This document shows, piece after piece, positions 13,886 to 28,227 of a stretch of 64,000 nucleotides of DNA. Under the pieces are notes generated by a model, which was not told where the DNA came from, ran no database searches, and worked only from the letters and a program-made list of their open reading frames with translations. This DNA is from the human T2T-CHM13v2.0 reference genome, Homo sapiens. Location of the stretch: the NCBI RefSeq assembly GCF_009914755.1, contig NC_060932.1. One strand, written 5' to 3'. The stretch's first letter is position 1. Each line of letters starts with the position of its first letter. The position numbers and the translations under genes were made by a program.

Positions 13886-14813
13886 ATTCTTTCCTGGGTT
13901 TTGGAATATACATTTTTAAAATATCTAGATAAATACTAATTTATTCTATAATTGAATATGGAAGTCCTGTGAAACCTAGTGACTAAGTTACCAAGACTGC
14001 TGTTGATATTATATAAAATGAGTACATTCAGAACCTATTAAGGCAATATTTATGTAATTATGACTAAAAATCTCTCTATGAAGAGCGATAACATAGTATG
14101 AGATATTATATATATAGTATAATATGAAATTACATCCTTACATTAGAAGATACAAGAGACCGAGAAGAATTAGGCAACTAGATCAAGTTCACAGAAGAGC
14201 CAGGTCTAAGACTACAACTGTATTATTGCCTCCTATTATCAATTAAACACCCTGTTTGGCATCTGATTGTCTTTGAGACATTAATAAAATAGAAACAATA
14301 AATATTTGAACTATTAATGTGTACATTAACATCCAAATCATTTTGTATACAATTTCAAATTGGTATTCACTCAGTTGTATTAAATAATATTTGAAGCAAT
14401 ATTTAGAACACTTTTATCATTAAGTTACTCAAAGTAATAGAGAAGAACATTGTGAAGAATTGTTCACTTTTAGCAAAAGCTGGGTTTCTGTATATATGTT
14501 TAAATAATCAGCATGTAGTGGCATGTTGTGTAATGGGAGATTTGTTTTGTTTTTTTAATTTTAATCAATGAGAGAACAAAATGTATTTTTTAAAAGTTAT
14601 TTTCATATAATAGCTGTATCATTATGAGGATTTGAGGTAACTTGTTTTACTCCTTCTTGTAATACGTTGTATAATTGATTTAAAAATAAACTCAGTTATG
14701 AGTCTAATTAGTTTTTTCTTTATAAGACTTCATTTTGTAATTTCATATTTATGTGCATAGTTATTAAACATCTTTTTCTCCTTTGGATACTATGCTTCAA
14801 GATGTCAATGTTT

Positions 14814-16984
14814 TTTCTGCATCTGTTGAGATGATCACGTGAATTTTGTTTTTAATTCTATTTATGTGGTGTATCACATTTATTGACTTACGTATGTTAA
14901 ACCATCCCTGAATCTCTGGTGTCAAACCCACTTGATCATGGTGGGTTATCTTTTTGGTATGTTTTTGGATTCGGTTAGCTAGTATTTTGTTAATGATTTT
15001 CGCACCCATGTTCATCAAGGATATCAGTCTGTAGTTTCCTTTTTTGGTTATGTCCTTTCCTGGTTTTGGTATTAGGATGATGCTGGCTTCATAGAATGAA
15101 TTAGGGAGGGTTCCTTCTTTCTCTGTCTTGTGGAATAGTGTCAAAAGGATTAGTACCAATTCTTTGAATGTCTGGTAGAATTCTGCTGTGAATCTGTCTG
15201 GTCTTGGACTTTTTTTCGTTGCTAATTTTAAAATTACCATTTCAATCTTCCTACTTGTTATTGGTCTATTCAGGGTGTCTAATTCTTCCTGATTTGAGCT
15301 AGGACGGTTGTATTTTTCCAGGAATTTATCCGTCTCTTCTAGTTTTTCTAGTTTATGTGCGTAGAGGTGTTCACAGTAGCCTTGAACGATCTTTTGCATT
15401 TTGGTTGTGTCAGTTGTAATATCTCCTGTTTCATTTCTTAGTGAGGTTATTTGGATTTCTTCTCTTTTCTTGGTTAATCTTGTGAATGGTCTATCCATTT
15501 TATCTTTTTGAAGGACCAGCTTTTTGTTTCATTTATCTTTTGTAATTTTTTTTGTTTCAATTTCATTTGGTTCTGCTCTGATCTTGGTTATTTCCTTTCT
15601 TCTACCGGCTTTGGTTTGGTTTGTTCTTGTTTCTCTAGTTCCTTGAGGTGTGACCTTAGAATGTCAGTTTGTGCTATTTCAGTCTTTTTGATGTAGGCAC
15701 TTATGGCTATGAACTTTCCTCTTAGCAATGCCTTTGCTGTATCACAGAGGTTTTGATACATCGTACCATTATTGTCATTCAGTTCGAAGAATTTGTAAAT
15801 TTCCATCTTGATTGCGCTTTTGACCCAATGCTCATTCAGGAGCAGATTATTTAAATTCCATGTATTTGCATGGTATTGAGGGTTCCTTTTGGAGTTGATT
15901 TCCAGTTTCATTCCACTGTGGTCTAAGACAGTGCTTGATATAATTTTAATTTTTTCTTTATTTATTGAGGCTCGTTTTTGGCCTATCATGTAGTCTATCT
16001 ACTGGTCTATCTTGTAGAAAGTTTCATGCATTGTTTAATAGAATGTGTATTCTATGGTTGTTGGATAAAATGTGCTGTATATCTATCTGTTAAGTCAGTT
16101 TGTTCCAAGGTAAAGTTTAAATCCATTGTTTCTTTGTTGAGTTTCTGTCTTGACCTGTCTAGTACTGTCGGTGGAGTGTTGAAGTCCCCCACTATTATTT
16201 TGTTGCTGTCTATATCATTTCTTAAGTCTATTGGTATCTGTTTTATAAATTTGGGACCTCCAGTGTTACGTGCATGTATGTTTAGGATTGTCATATTTTC
16301 CTGTTGGACAAGGCCTTTTACCATCATATAATGTTCCTCTTTGTCTCTTTTAACTGCTGTTGCTTTAAAGTTGGTTTTCTCTAAGAACACCTACCTCTGC
16401 TTGCTTTTGGTATCCATTTGTATGAAATGTCTTTTTCCACCCCTTTAGTTTATGTGAGTCCTTATGTGTTAGGTGAGTCTCCTGAAGGCAGCAGATAGTT
16501 GGTTGGTGAGTTCTTACTCATTCTGCAGTTATGTATCTTTTAAGTGGAGCATTTAGGCCATTTACATTCAATGTTAGTATTGAAATGTGAGGTACCCTTG
16601 CATACATCGTGCACTTTGTTGCCTGTGTACTTTGTTTTTTATTTGTTTTTGGTTTTTAACTTGCATTTTTGTTTTATAGGTCCTGTATGATTTATGCTTT
16701 AAAGAGGTTCTGTTTGATGTGTTTCCAGGATTTGTTTCAAGATTTACAGCTCCTTTTTAGCAGTTCTTGTAGTGGTGGCTTGATAATGTCAAATTCTCTC
16801 AGCATTTGTTTGTCTGAAAAAGACTGTATCTTTTCTTCATATATGATGCTTAGTTTCGCTGGAAACAAAATTCTTGGCTGATAATTGTTTTGTTTGAGGA
16901 GGCTGAAGATAGGCACCAATTCCTTCTAGCTTGTAGGGTTTCTGCTGAGAAATCTGCTGTTAATTTGATAGGTTCTCCTTTATA
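14814..16984 (-). mobile_element. Inverted 5' segment of a twin-primed L1PB1 (end of ORF1 through the endonuclease/Z domain of ORF2)
   Basis: Minus-strand ORFs encode ORF1 C-terminal text ([11 protein letters not shown]) and ORF2 endonuclease/Z text ([44 protein letters not shown]). Confidence 0.9.
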
Positions 16985-19150
16985 TCTTAATGTAATAAAA
17001 GCCATCTATGACAAACCCATAGCCAACATAATACTGAATGGGGAAAAGTTGAAAGCATTCCCTCTGAGAACTGGAACAAGACAAGGATGCCCAATCTCAC
17101 CACTCCTCTTCAACATAGTACTGGAAGTCCTAGCCAAAGCAATCAGACAAGAGAAAGAAACAAAGGACATTCAAATTAGTAAAGAGGAAGCCAAACTGTA
17201 ACTGTTTGCTGATGATATGATCGTTTACCTTGAAAACCCTAAGGACTCCTCCAGAAAGCTCCTGGAACTGATAAAAGAATTCAGCAAAGTTTCCATATAC
17301 AAGATCCAAGATTAATGTACACAAATCAGTAGCTCTTCTATACACCAACAGTGACCAAGTGGAGAATCAAATCAAGAACTCAAACCCTTTTATGATAGCT
17401 GCAAAAAAAAATTAAAATACTTAGGAATAAACCTAAGCTAGGAGTCAAAAGACCTCTACAAGGAAAACTATAAAACACTGCTGAAAGAAATCATAGATGA
17501 CATGGACAAATGGAAACATACCATGCACATAGATGAGGAGAATCAATGTTTTGAAAATGACCATACTGCCAAAAGCAATCTACAAATTTAATGCAATCCC
17601 CATCAAAATACCAACATCACTCTTCACAGAATTAGAAAAAAACAATTCTAAAATTCATATGGAACCAAAAAAGAGCCTGCATAACCAAAGCAAGACTAAG
17701 CAAAAGGAACAAATCTGGAGGCATCACATTACCTGATTTCAAACTGCACTATAAGGCCGTAGTCACCAAAAGAGTGTGGTGCTAACATAAAAATGGGCAC
17801 ATAGACCAATGGAACAGAATAGAGAACCCAGAAATAAACCCAAATACTTACAGCCAACTGATCTTTGACAAAGCAAACAAAAACATAAAGTGGGGAAAGG
17901 ACACCATTTTCAGCAAATGGTGCTGAGATAATTGGCTAGCCATATGTAGAAGAATGAAACTGGATCCTCATCTTTCACCTTATAAAAAATCAACTCAAGA
18001 TGGATTAAGGACGTAAATCTAAGATCTGAAACTATAAAAATTCTAGAAGATAACATTCGAAAAACTCTTGCAGACATTGGCTTAGGCAAGGATTTCATGA
18101 CCAAGAACCCAAAAGCAAATGCAATAAAAACAAATATAAATAGCTGGGACCTAAATAAACTACAGAGCTTTTGCACAGCAAAAGGAACATTCACCAGAGT
18201 AAGCAGACAACCCACAGAGTGTGAGAAAATCTTCACAATCTTTACATCTGACAAAGGACTAATATCCAGAATCTGTAACCAACTCAAATCAGTAAGAAAA
18301 AAAAGAAAAAATCCCATCAAAAAGTGGGCTAAGGGCATGAATAGACAATTCTCAAAAGAAGATATACAAATGGCAACAAACGTGAAAAAATACTCAACAT
18401 CACTAATGATCAGGGAAATGCAAATCAAAACTACAATGCAATACCACCTTACTCCTGCAAGAATGGCCGTAATCAAAAAATCAAAAAACCTTAGATGCTT
18501 GTGTGGATGCAGTGATCAGAGAACACGTCTACACTACTGGTGGGAATGTAATCTATTATAACTACTATGAAAAACAGTGTGGAGATTCCTTAAAGAACTG
18601 AAAGTAGAACTGCCATTTGATCCACCAATACCACCACTGGGTACCTATCCAGAGGATATCAAGTCATTATTTGAAAAGATACTTGTACATGCATGTTTAT
18701 AGCAGCACAATTCACAATTGTAAAATCATGGAATCAACCCACATGTCCATCAATCAACGAGTGGATAAAGAAACTGCGATATACACATATCATATATATG
18801 ATGGAATACTACTCAGCCATAAAAAGGAATGAATTAACAGCATTTGCAGTGACCTGGATGAGACTGGAGACTATTATTCTAAGCAAAGTAAGTCAGGAAT
18901 GGAAAACCAACATCATGTAGTCTCACTAATATGTGGGAACTAAGCTGTGGGGACCAAAAGGCTTAAGAATGACACAATGAACTTTGGGGACTTGGGGGAG
19001 AGGGAGGTGGGCACGGGATAAAAGAACACAGATATAGTACAGTATATACTGCTTAAGTGATGGGTGCACCAAAATCTCACAAATCACCACTAAAGAACTT
19101 ACTCGTGTAACCAAATACCACCTGTACCCCAATACTTATGGAAAAAAAAA
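16982..19150 (+). mobile_element. Sense 3' segment of the same L1PB1 (RT, C-terminus, 3' UTR, poly-A)
   Basis: Encodes [16 protein letters not shown]; L1PB1-type 3' UTR (gatgggtgcaccaaaatctcacaaatcaccactaaagaactt). The TSD aagatgtcaatgttt (14799-14813) / aagatgtcagtgttt (19149-19163) brackets both segments. Confidence 0.9.
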
Positions 19151-19799
19151 GATGTCAGTGTTTGGGACTCAGAGTCTAAAACCAGTGCTTCTGTCAATGT
19201 ATGTCATGGAGGAGTCTCTCAGTAAGTACTTATTAATCTAATGAGTTGAAATGGTAGGAGAATATCGATGCCATCTTAACAATTTCTTATTCACACTAAG
19301 AATTGTGTTCTTGAAACATCATAAGAATATAAATTTATTGTTATTAAGTTATTAAGAAAATTTCTATAGCTTAAGTAGAGACTCTTGTTCAGAGAAAGTA
19401 AGTTTTCCCCATGTTAACCTCAAAAGTTTAAGATAAATATCTCATGCACACTTTTTTGACATATCTTTCTAGGAACAACAATATAGTTCGAAAACTTATT
19501 TTAAGGTAAAGCTAATATGATTTGTATCTTTAAAATGTGAGCTATAAATTTATGGTATTTAAATATATTGTTTTCACTTGGACTTAACATGTTTTCTAGG
19601 TAATTTAAAAGCATACTATTTTATAGATAAGTATGCTATTTTTCCATGTAATTATTTGTACTGGTTTTGATATTTGTAAAATTTAGTTTTTTGCATATAT
19701 TGCTCGTTACTACATTATCAGTTATATTCCCTCCGCGTTGATGCACGATGAAATTGCATAGTGAATGACATTTTATGTTTCTTTGAAAATTGTACCACA

Positions 19800-19950
19800 G
19801 TCCAGCGGTATTTTCTTTGACTCACAGTTGAAGAAATCACAGCTCAGGAATGATAAGTAAATTGTTTAAATTCATGCAGGTGGTAGGCAGGTAGTGGAGC
19901 AAAGATAAAAACAGTAACTTCAGACTTCAATCCACTAGGACTTTCCCATA
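19800..19950 (-). mobile_element. MIR fragment
   Basis: cacagttgaagaaatcacagctcagg..taagtaaattgtttaaattcatgcag..gtagtggagc resembles the reverse MIR core. Confidence 0.45.
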
Positions 19951-20173
19951 AGAGAAATGATTTTTTTCTATGAAGCCAGAATAAAATTTTAATCAGTTTT
20001 GGTTTTTGCACAATGCCCATGTAGGTTTCTTAACAAGTATTTTGAATGAATAGAACATATTTCACCCACATCACAACTTTAAGTAGTTGTGGGTGGTAAG
20101 AATTATTATGAAGTCATTGAATTAAAGGTGAGTAAGGCAATGGGGAGCCATTGTCTGACTAGTTGGTGACAGC

Positions 20174-20470
20174 TTTTTTTTTTTTTTTTTTGACAGAGTC
20201 TAGCTCTGTTGCCCAGGCTGGAGTGCAGTGGCACGATCTCGGCTCACTGCAAGCTCCACCTCCCGGGTTCACCCCATTCTCCTGCCTTCAGCCTCCTGAG
20301 TAGCTGGGACTACAGGCGCCCGCCACCACGCCCAGCTAAGTTTTTGTTTTTTAGTAGAGACGGGGTTTCACCGTGTTAGCCAGGATGGTCTCGATCTCCT
20401 GACCTCGTGATCCGCCTGCCTCGGCCTCCCAAAGTGCTGGGATTACAGGCGTGAGCCACCCCGCCCCGCC
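20174..20470 (-). mobile_element. AluY, full length
   Basis: Poly-T start; AluY diagnostics gcaagctcc and cgtgttagccaggatggtctcgatctcctgacctcgtgatcc; TSD agttggtgaca(g/c)cttt at 20161 and 20471. Confidence 0.95.
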
Positions 20471-23400
20471 AGTTGGTGACACCTTTATAGCGAAAACTGC
20501 ACTGGTTAGCAAAGATATTTCCCGACTGGGAAAACTAAGTAAGATTAGTAAACATTTAAATATATGAGACGAACATCCTGGAATCATGCAATATAAATTT
20601 CAGGCAGATATTTTTAATATGTCAAAAATTAAGGCTGACCAATAAAGTATTAAACTGTATTCATTCTGATTATTAGTGAATATTTTGTCACATCTTGACA
20701 ATAACTATGTTCTCTCACCCTAAATTTGTCTTTCAAAAATGCATGTAAACTCATACTAATGAATAATCATTTCATTTTGATACATTTAGTTTCATGAAAA
20801 TTCTACAGCTTTTCCTCTATTTATTTTTTTACATTTCAACTGTTATTTGGTGAATATTTTGTCATGGACCAGGACTTGTCTATGGCAATTTTTTCAGTAC
20901 ATTTTCTCATCTGACAGAATGGTGCAATGTATTAGCTGGTATTTTTTTTTTCATTTTAAATTTTATGGTTTCTAATTGATAATCTCTATTCTTATTTGTC
21001 CCTACTCCCACATACACCTCCAACCCCATCTTAGCATTTTATGTTTTACTAGACAAGAAACTCATCAGAGGCTTTTGTTCCCTGTTTGAAAAATCATGCA
21101 CTTAGAACATGTGATCCTGTCTCTTCTCATGTTCCCTTTTGGATGAAAACATTCTTGAAATATTTCCTCTGTAAAAACTTAGAAATGATAACGATATTTT
21201 ATACTGAAATGAATAACTAGTCACAAGGAGAATTAAACAATTAACTTACAACTTTCTATCAATAACTAATATGAAAAGTACTAAAGTAATTATTTGGTAA
21301 TTAATGAAAAAGTGATAGAAATTTACATTGCAAGAAATCCATTTAAAATGTCAATGAATATGTTTTTTAAATAATAAATTGTACGTTTAGAATATTTTGT
21401 AATTAATGAGAATTAACATACTGTATTTCAACTTAATGTGATGGGAATTCTTAAAGCATCAGACTTGTTAAAGCATATAAGAATCAGCATCATTCTTATA
21501 GATAAGAATGATACCTGTCTCACTATCTAACTATGTTTATTAGGTTTTAACTGTAAGATTTTATTTTTTCTGGGAGAGTTGAGAAGAACGACCACACATA
21601 TACATTCTCTAAGAATGTAAAAAAAAAAGACTCTATTTATTTAAATGTAATGTGTATAACAGCTGATTACAATATTAAAATGTTATTTAAAGAATGGATG
21701 TAACAGGCATCGTTTTAAATTAAGAGGTTATTAGCATATTGCTGCTTATAATAAGATAGAAGCAAAATAGACATGGATGTAAGAGGTAAGAGAGAAAGGG
21801 AGAGAAAGGGAAGCAGGAGGAAAGGAGAGAGGACGAGGAGTAAAGAATGACTGATGAAGAAAGAAATAGGAAGAGGAGAGAGAGAGAGAGATTTATTTAA
21901 AAATAAAAGTGGTACTATTACAAACTCTCAGGATTTTGTGAATGTTAAGTAAGGTAATTCATGTGAAATGATCTAGTGTACTTTTTGGATAACAAATTGT
22001 CATTAAATATTAGTTTCTTTAGTGATGTGACTCAAACTCCATTGCCCTTTTTGCTGCACCCTGTACTGCTAATGCTAAGATATATTATATAATACGACCA
22101 GCATAAGCACAGTGATTTCACATTACTCACAGTAAGACTTTTGGATATGAATTATCTTATAATTTTTCTTTGGTTCAACAGTCCTTAAAAATGATCCAAG
22201 GATATACAGAGAATTCTCTGCTGAAACAAACTATTAGCCTATTTAATGTCACAATAAACAAGAAAACCACAGGAACAAGCTGATATTTAAAGTAATGGCT
22301 GTTCTGTTAAAATAAATCATGCATATCCTATTGATATTGGAGTACATGAAGCACAGCACAATAATTCATGGTTATGTCAAGATGTCACTGGCAGTAATAT
22401 TAAAGAAAAATATGGCTGTGGCAACATTTGAATAATTGTATCATTTGTTGAGAGCAAATGACCTGAAGCTTCTATCAAATATAAAATTCCAGAAAGAAAC
22501 GTGTGAGAAAGGCAAATTCACCATGTTGGGAACATGTGCTGGGTATACATGTAAATATTTGTCAGTGAAGCACTTCCATAAGATTTGGAATGTGAATAAA
22601 AGTTGATGTCATGGCAGGTAGGTACGGGGACTTCAGAAAGTTTTAGAGGTGAGGTTTATGCATTGACTTAACAGAATTCTTATTAAAAACAAGCATTTGA
22701 TTTTGCAAACAACTGAGCTTATCACTGGTATTTTCCTGCAATTCTGCAAATTCTTGATTACCTGAAAGTTAGTGAAGGCTATCTTTGACCATCAAAAGCC
22801 AGCCTTAAACCTAGAATTCTTATTATTAAAAGAATTCCTGCTTGAAATATTTCATTTTTTTGGTCTGAGCACTGAGAAATGCAAAAAGACTACCAGCCTA
22901 TTAATGAAATTTTCCTCTCCAAATAATTTCAAAGTAGGTTATTTTCTAGTAAATTATTTTCACTCTTTTTGTTACAAAAGTGTTCCTTTGATTTCTAGCA
23001 CAAGTTACAGTAATATGCAAATAATTCTTAGATAAGATGATATTGACAGTATATTCTTAACTATTTGTGTAAAACTATGCATAATTTTCATTATTCTAAC
23101 TTTTGGCATTTTTTCCTCTATATAAATAAAAATGATGGCTGATATTTAAAGTAGAAAAATATAAACCACGATCTTCTAGAGAAAACTTTTTCTTCCTGCA
23201 AAAATGGATATTGATAAAAATGTAGATATTCTCAGCTCACTATATTTAAAGATACCATGTTTCCAGAAAATTTGTTTTTACCATTGACTTTAGAGTTTGA
23301 TCTTCAGGATCAACATTTTCTCCAGACCCATGAAATACACTACTAAAAATTTTCTTCAAAAGTCAACCTTTCCAATTTGTTCTCTTTATGCTACAAATAC

Positions 23401-23649
23401 TTCAAACCTTCTATAATGTCCCCCTTCTTATTTTTTCCATTGAATAACTGACGTTTAAGGTTATACATGACTGTAATTCCAAAGGCCATCTTGAATCATT
23501 GAGAAAACTAGAAATACAGGAAAATTATGTAGAGCAATTAATCAATTTAAATATATTTTACAGTTTCCCCACCTTGTATAAACTCCTGAAAATGTTAATT
23601 AGCATATTTTTCTAAGGTTTCTAAGAAGCAGTTGACTCTAGTGACTATA

Positions 23650-24127
23650 AGCTTGTATTTTAGAGTATACAATTGAAAAAAAAATTCATTCTGCTGCTTA
23701 TTAGCAGTGTAATATTGGGCAAGCTACTTTATTCCAAAAAACTAGGGATAAGATGAGGTAAATACTAGGAATTATCCCATAGTTATGTTGGGAGATTTAA
23801 TTGGGATAATGCTTGTAAAAGCTTACCACAGTTGCTGACATATGCTGAATATGATTTTTACCATAATTATTTTGATGATGAACCCACCCAAGGTTCATCT
23901 AATTATAAAAAAACTCATTCAGTGATAACTCTGGAGCTGGACTACCTGGAGTAAATCTCAGTGATTCCATTTACTGTTGTGTGACATTGGGCAGGTTACT
24001 TGCCTCTCCTGATTCCTCAGTGGCAAAATGTAGATGAAAATGGTACCTTCCCTTTAAGTCCCTGTCAAGTTTAAATAAGTTAATACAAGCACATCACTTA
24101 GAACAATGCCAAGCATTTAGCAAACTA
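23650..24127 (+). mobile_element. Two adjacent MIR copies (~23650-23860 and ~23920-24127)
   Basis: MIR cores tgtaatattgggcaagctactt and tgtgtgacattgggcaggttacttgcctctcctga, each followed by MIR 3' text (acttagaacaatgcc in the second copy). Confidence 0.6.
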
Positions 24128-24449
24128 GCTACTCTTGAGAAAGATGACAGATCTGAGAATTAGAGAATTCTTTCACACACCACTCAGAGTTTTCTTCTTG
24201 ACGCACTACATTATTGATAGCTATAACAAACTTGGAGTATTTGGGATAAATGTAGTATTTCTTCAAGTACATGCTATTGTGTTCTACTAGGTTGTTTATT
24301 TTTTCTGCTAAGTTTATCATTGCTATGACTTTTGATCTTTTTGGATGTAGAATTAGTAAAGACTCATCACAAGTTATTTATTTAAGGTCAATTTAAAAAA
24401 ATTATGACCGAGAGAGAGGTGAGAGCATTGATGAAGATTCTCAATTAGA

Positions 24450-24457
24450 AGACAGAC

Positions 24458-24498
<41 letters not shown>
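24450..24498. repeat. (GA)n microsatellite with GACA interruptions
   Basis: Read directly from the sequence. Confidence 0.92.
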
Positions 24499-24502
<4 letters not shown>

Positions 24503-27500
24503 CATCTGTGTCTTTAGTAACTTACAATTACTGAGATTGAGTCAACTGCCTTCCTCCCATAAACCCTGCCACCTTTTTTTGGTGCATTTCAAAGATATCT
24601 ATCAGAAAGTATTGCACACACTTTATCATGTTAATTTTACTGTATTTCTTTACAAGTACTCTATATTCATTAAGGAAAAACTGAAACAAAACAAAAAACA
24701 CGATTCTACAAATGCATGCTTTGCATTTCCCATATTGACAATTTTTTGTTTGGTCCACTTATCCAGTCCACAACAATAAGAATTTAACTCAAAATTTATG
24801 GCTCCTTCTATTTCCCAGAAAGGTAATATTAATTAGCACCCACTCTCGGTTTTAGCAAAACATGAAATTTACACAACTTTTATTATTTTTTATGCATTTA
24901 AAATGTATATATTATAATGTGGTATTTTCTTTGTCAATTTCCTCCAGTAATTAGAGGGTTTGCACATACAATCTATGCCAACAAATAATAAATAATCTTT
25001 GTGATATGTTCCATGGTAAGGATGAATCATAATTTCTTTAATCTGAAATAATTATAGAATGTTTCTGAGGATCTATTCCATTACCAGTTTTGTTGACTTA
25101 AATATTTTTAAAAAATATATTAAGAAGAGATACATTTTACATAAAATACAAAGAGCACTGCAATTGGAGATTTTGAATAAAGCCTTATGATAGTGATGAT
25201 TAAAGATGTTTTGATAAAGAAACTACTATAGTTTCATCTAGACATTGTAAAATTTAGGAGTGTGGAGAACCTTTTCAGAAAAGTTTTGATTCTGTTTTTA
25301 AGTCAATATTTTATTTACAAAGCTATTAGAGACAAGTTACTGAGAATATAACAATTACTCTTACAAGATACATATAGCCATTAATTGTTTCCATTGTGCC
25401 CAATAACACTTTCTTATAAAATTATCACCACTGCCCTCTGAGATGATTATTTATTTGTGTGTATGCATGCATATATCCCAATACAACTGGTAAATAACAT
25501 AACACCTCAAAATATTATTTCTAATCATTTTAGGTTAAATAAAAGTATAATCTGTCTTCATTGGAATACATCATAAAGAAAACATTAACATGAGAATGCA
25601 GTGACATGGAACGTACATGTGGTCATTTACCTAATTAATGAATTTAGACATGATTTATGGACTAATTTAGTGTTTTCAAATGATCATTATTTTCTTGTCA
25701 CATGAAAAGCCATTCAGTCAATTATTATACTATTTTAAAATAATAATCATAGGCCATATTCTAACATTTAAATTGGAAAAATGGTTAAAATTAAATAATA
25801 AATTACTTGTACTGTTATAAGCTCTTTTACTCTATATGAAGTATTTTTTTAAATTACCCATTTATATAATAAATATAAAATGATAAAATTTTCTACTTCA
25901 CAATATTGAAAATAATTAAGGTTAATAAATACTAGTAAACATAATTACATAATAATGTCTTCATATATTTGAATGTTCTATTTTTCAACATTCTAGGGAT
26001 ACTTATGTGAGATTTACTAATATGAGAAATGCCAATTTAATTATATTTTAGTAAACTCTAATAACTATATATTTTAGTTGTTGAAAACCATGGAAATATG
26101 ACTTGAAGTTGCAATAAATGTTTTGCTGTCTATTATGTATCTGTTTTAAACATAAAAGTCTGCTATAATACATGTGACTTTCCCCATTATCTGTCAGCTA
26201 ATATTATGGCATTAAAACAGAGTGATTAGATTAAAGTAACTCATCATAATATTTCAATCATTTAACATTTTCATGATAACTACGATAGGACTTCATTGGG
26301 GGAATTAAAATTTTCTTTTTAACACTGCATTTAAGGACAGTTATTGGAAAATTGCATGTTTCTTTGAAAAGCTAATAAAGTTTCTATGTAAGAAGGAAAG
26401 CTAAGGTATTATGGATTCTAGATGGAAGAAATAAAAAATACTGACTACTTTCGATAAGGCTAGTAGATAGTCTTTTTAATGTGGGATTCCTTTGAGAGCA
26501 TCTCGTTTTCAGTTACACTATGGAAATAGACAAGAAACCACCATTGTCCTGGAAACCCAAGATGTTTGTTCCCCTACGAGTAGCCACCAGTGTATCAGAT
26601 ACTGAAAGGTTTAATAGAGAAATATGTTATTGACTGTACACAAAGTTATATGAAATCATCAATAAAGTCAGAGAGAGGGAATAAATTTTGTTTGAACTAG
26701 GTGTGTATTCTACACAAAAAAACTAAAGGAAGTAAAATAAATATCAATAGACAAATGTCAATGAGTATTTTATAGTGAAAATAACAATAAAAGTAACTTC
26801 CTTGATAGATTTTCATTTTTCAAGGTTCTACTTCTACTTACTTCTAAGTAGAAGTTCTACTTACACATCACAGACAAGATTAGAATAATTGCATAATGTT
26901 TTTAAGCCAATATCCACTAGGTTTAGGAATTAGCATTTTACCATATTTTATAACTGTTAATGTGTCCCAGGTATTCAATTAATAATGCCTAGTTTAAAAG
27001 AATGTTTACAGTTTACTTTGTAATTATTATTTCTTTCTTTAGGGGACCCATATAACTCTGAAATTTGGGTACAATTTTGATGGAATAGAAGAATGATAGA
27101 AATAGTTTATTCTTACATGGTGTGTAGTTAGATGACAAGAATGTAAAATAAAAAATTTATAAGTTATTGAATTTCTGAAAGAGAGAATATTGGCAAGCAT
27201 AATATTAAACAGTCATGTTCGTAAGTGCATAAACTAATTTATATTCAAAATATTCCAATCCTATTTTGTAAATGATAAAAATTTAAGAAAATTCAATAAT
27301 ATATTTTTTATCATTAGATCAACAAAAATATACATAAAACAAAAGCATATTCTTAAACTATGTACTGATGTGCATATTTGGAAACTAAATATTATGAAGA
27401 GAAAATTGTTTGTAAATGTAAATTGGACAATTATATGCAGAAGCATTATCAATTATTTTTATTAGTCTTTGGGAACAAAAAATAATAGACAATTTACACA

Positions 27501-27659
27501 CAAAAGTATCACTGATTTTTTGGAGAATTTGAAATATGCTTGTGAATGAGACAAAAATGTAATTTTTGAGGTAACATATGAGATGGCATGCTGTTAAACA
27601 TAGTAGTTATATTAACAGTTGCCAGACAATTTTAGCAAGTTACATTGGAGGTAATATTA

Positions 27660-27739
27660 TTAGGTTGATGCAAAAGTAATTGAGGATTTGCCATTATTTT
27701 TTAAAGGTGAAAACCTCAATTACTTTTGCACCAACCTAA
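27660..27739. mobile_element. MADE1 (Hsmar1 mariner-derived MITE), 80 bp
   Basis: Inverted repeats ttaggttgatgcaaaagtaattg...caattacttttgcaccaacctaa, flanked by TA on both sides (27658-27659 and 27740-27741). Confidence 0.93.
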
Positions 27740-28079
27740 TAAAAAATGAACTAATATGTTAAAAATATGAAAACAGAGAAGGAAAAGAAGGTGGAGTGAT
27801 GGGAAAGTAGGGAGAAGAAAGATGAAAAAAAATTTTGCTAAATTTTTGTAACCTATCAACCAACCAAACAAACTGTTCCAGCAGGCATTTTGCTTTAGAG
27901 TCCCATTTTAAATTCCTTCTAAACACATTATCTTTGTGATGTTCCAATGTTAAATCATTGCAACCATGACACACCTTCACTCTAGCTATGTTATATGCAC
28001 ATGGGTAGAGACAAAATTTTACTATTTATACTATGTAATACAGTTCTGAACATTATAACATCTATACTCTCATAGGTGA

Positions 28080-28225
28080 AACATTTTTATCTTCAGATAA
28101 CCTCTTACCTGACCTTTAAGTATACATATATATTTATATATATACATATATATATATGATTCCTATTTTACGTGCCCACTTGGATATCTAATCCACATCT
28201 CAGACATATGTCCAAAACCTGAATT
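28080..28225 (+). mobile_element. L2 fragment containing a (TA)n run (~28120-28157)
   Basis: cccacttggatatctaatccacatctcagacatatgtccaaaacctgaa resembles the L2 ORF end (LKLNMSKTEL). Confidence 0.55.
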
Positions 28226-28227
28226 TG

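Noticed and set aside
16890-17201. 103-aa ORF as a new chimeric protein
   Set aside because: It spans the inversion junction of the L1PB1 (antisense ORF1 fused to sense ORF2) and has no promoter or splice support.
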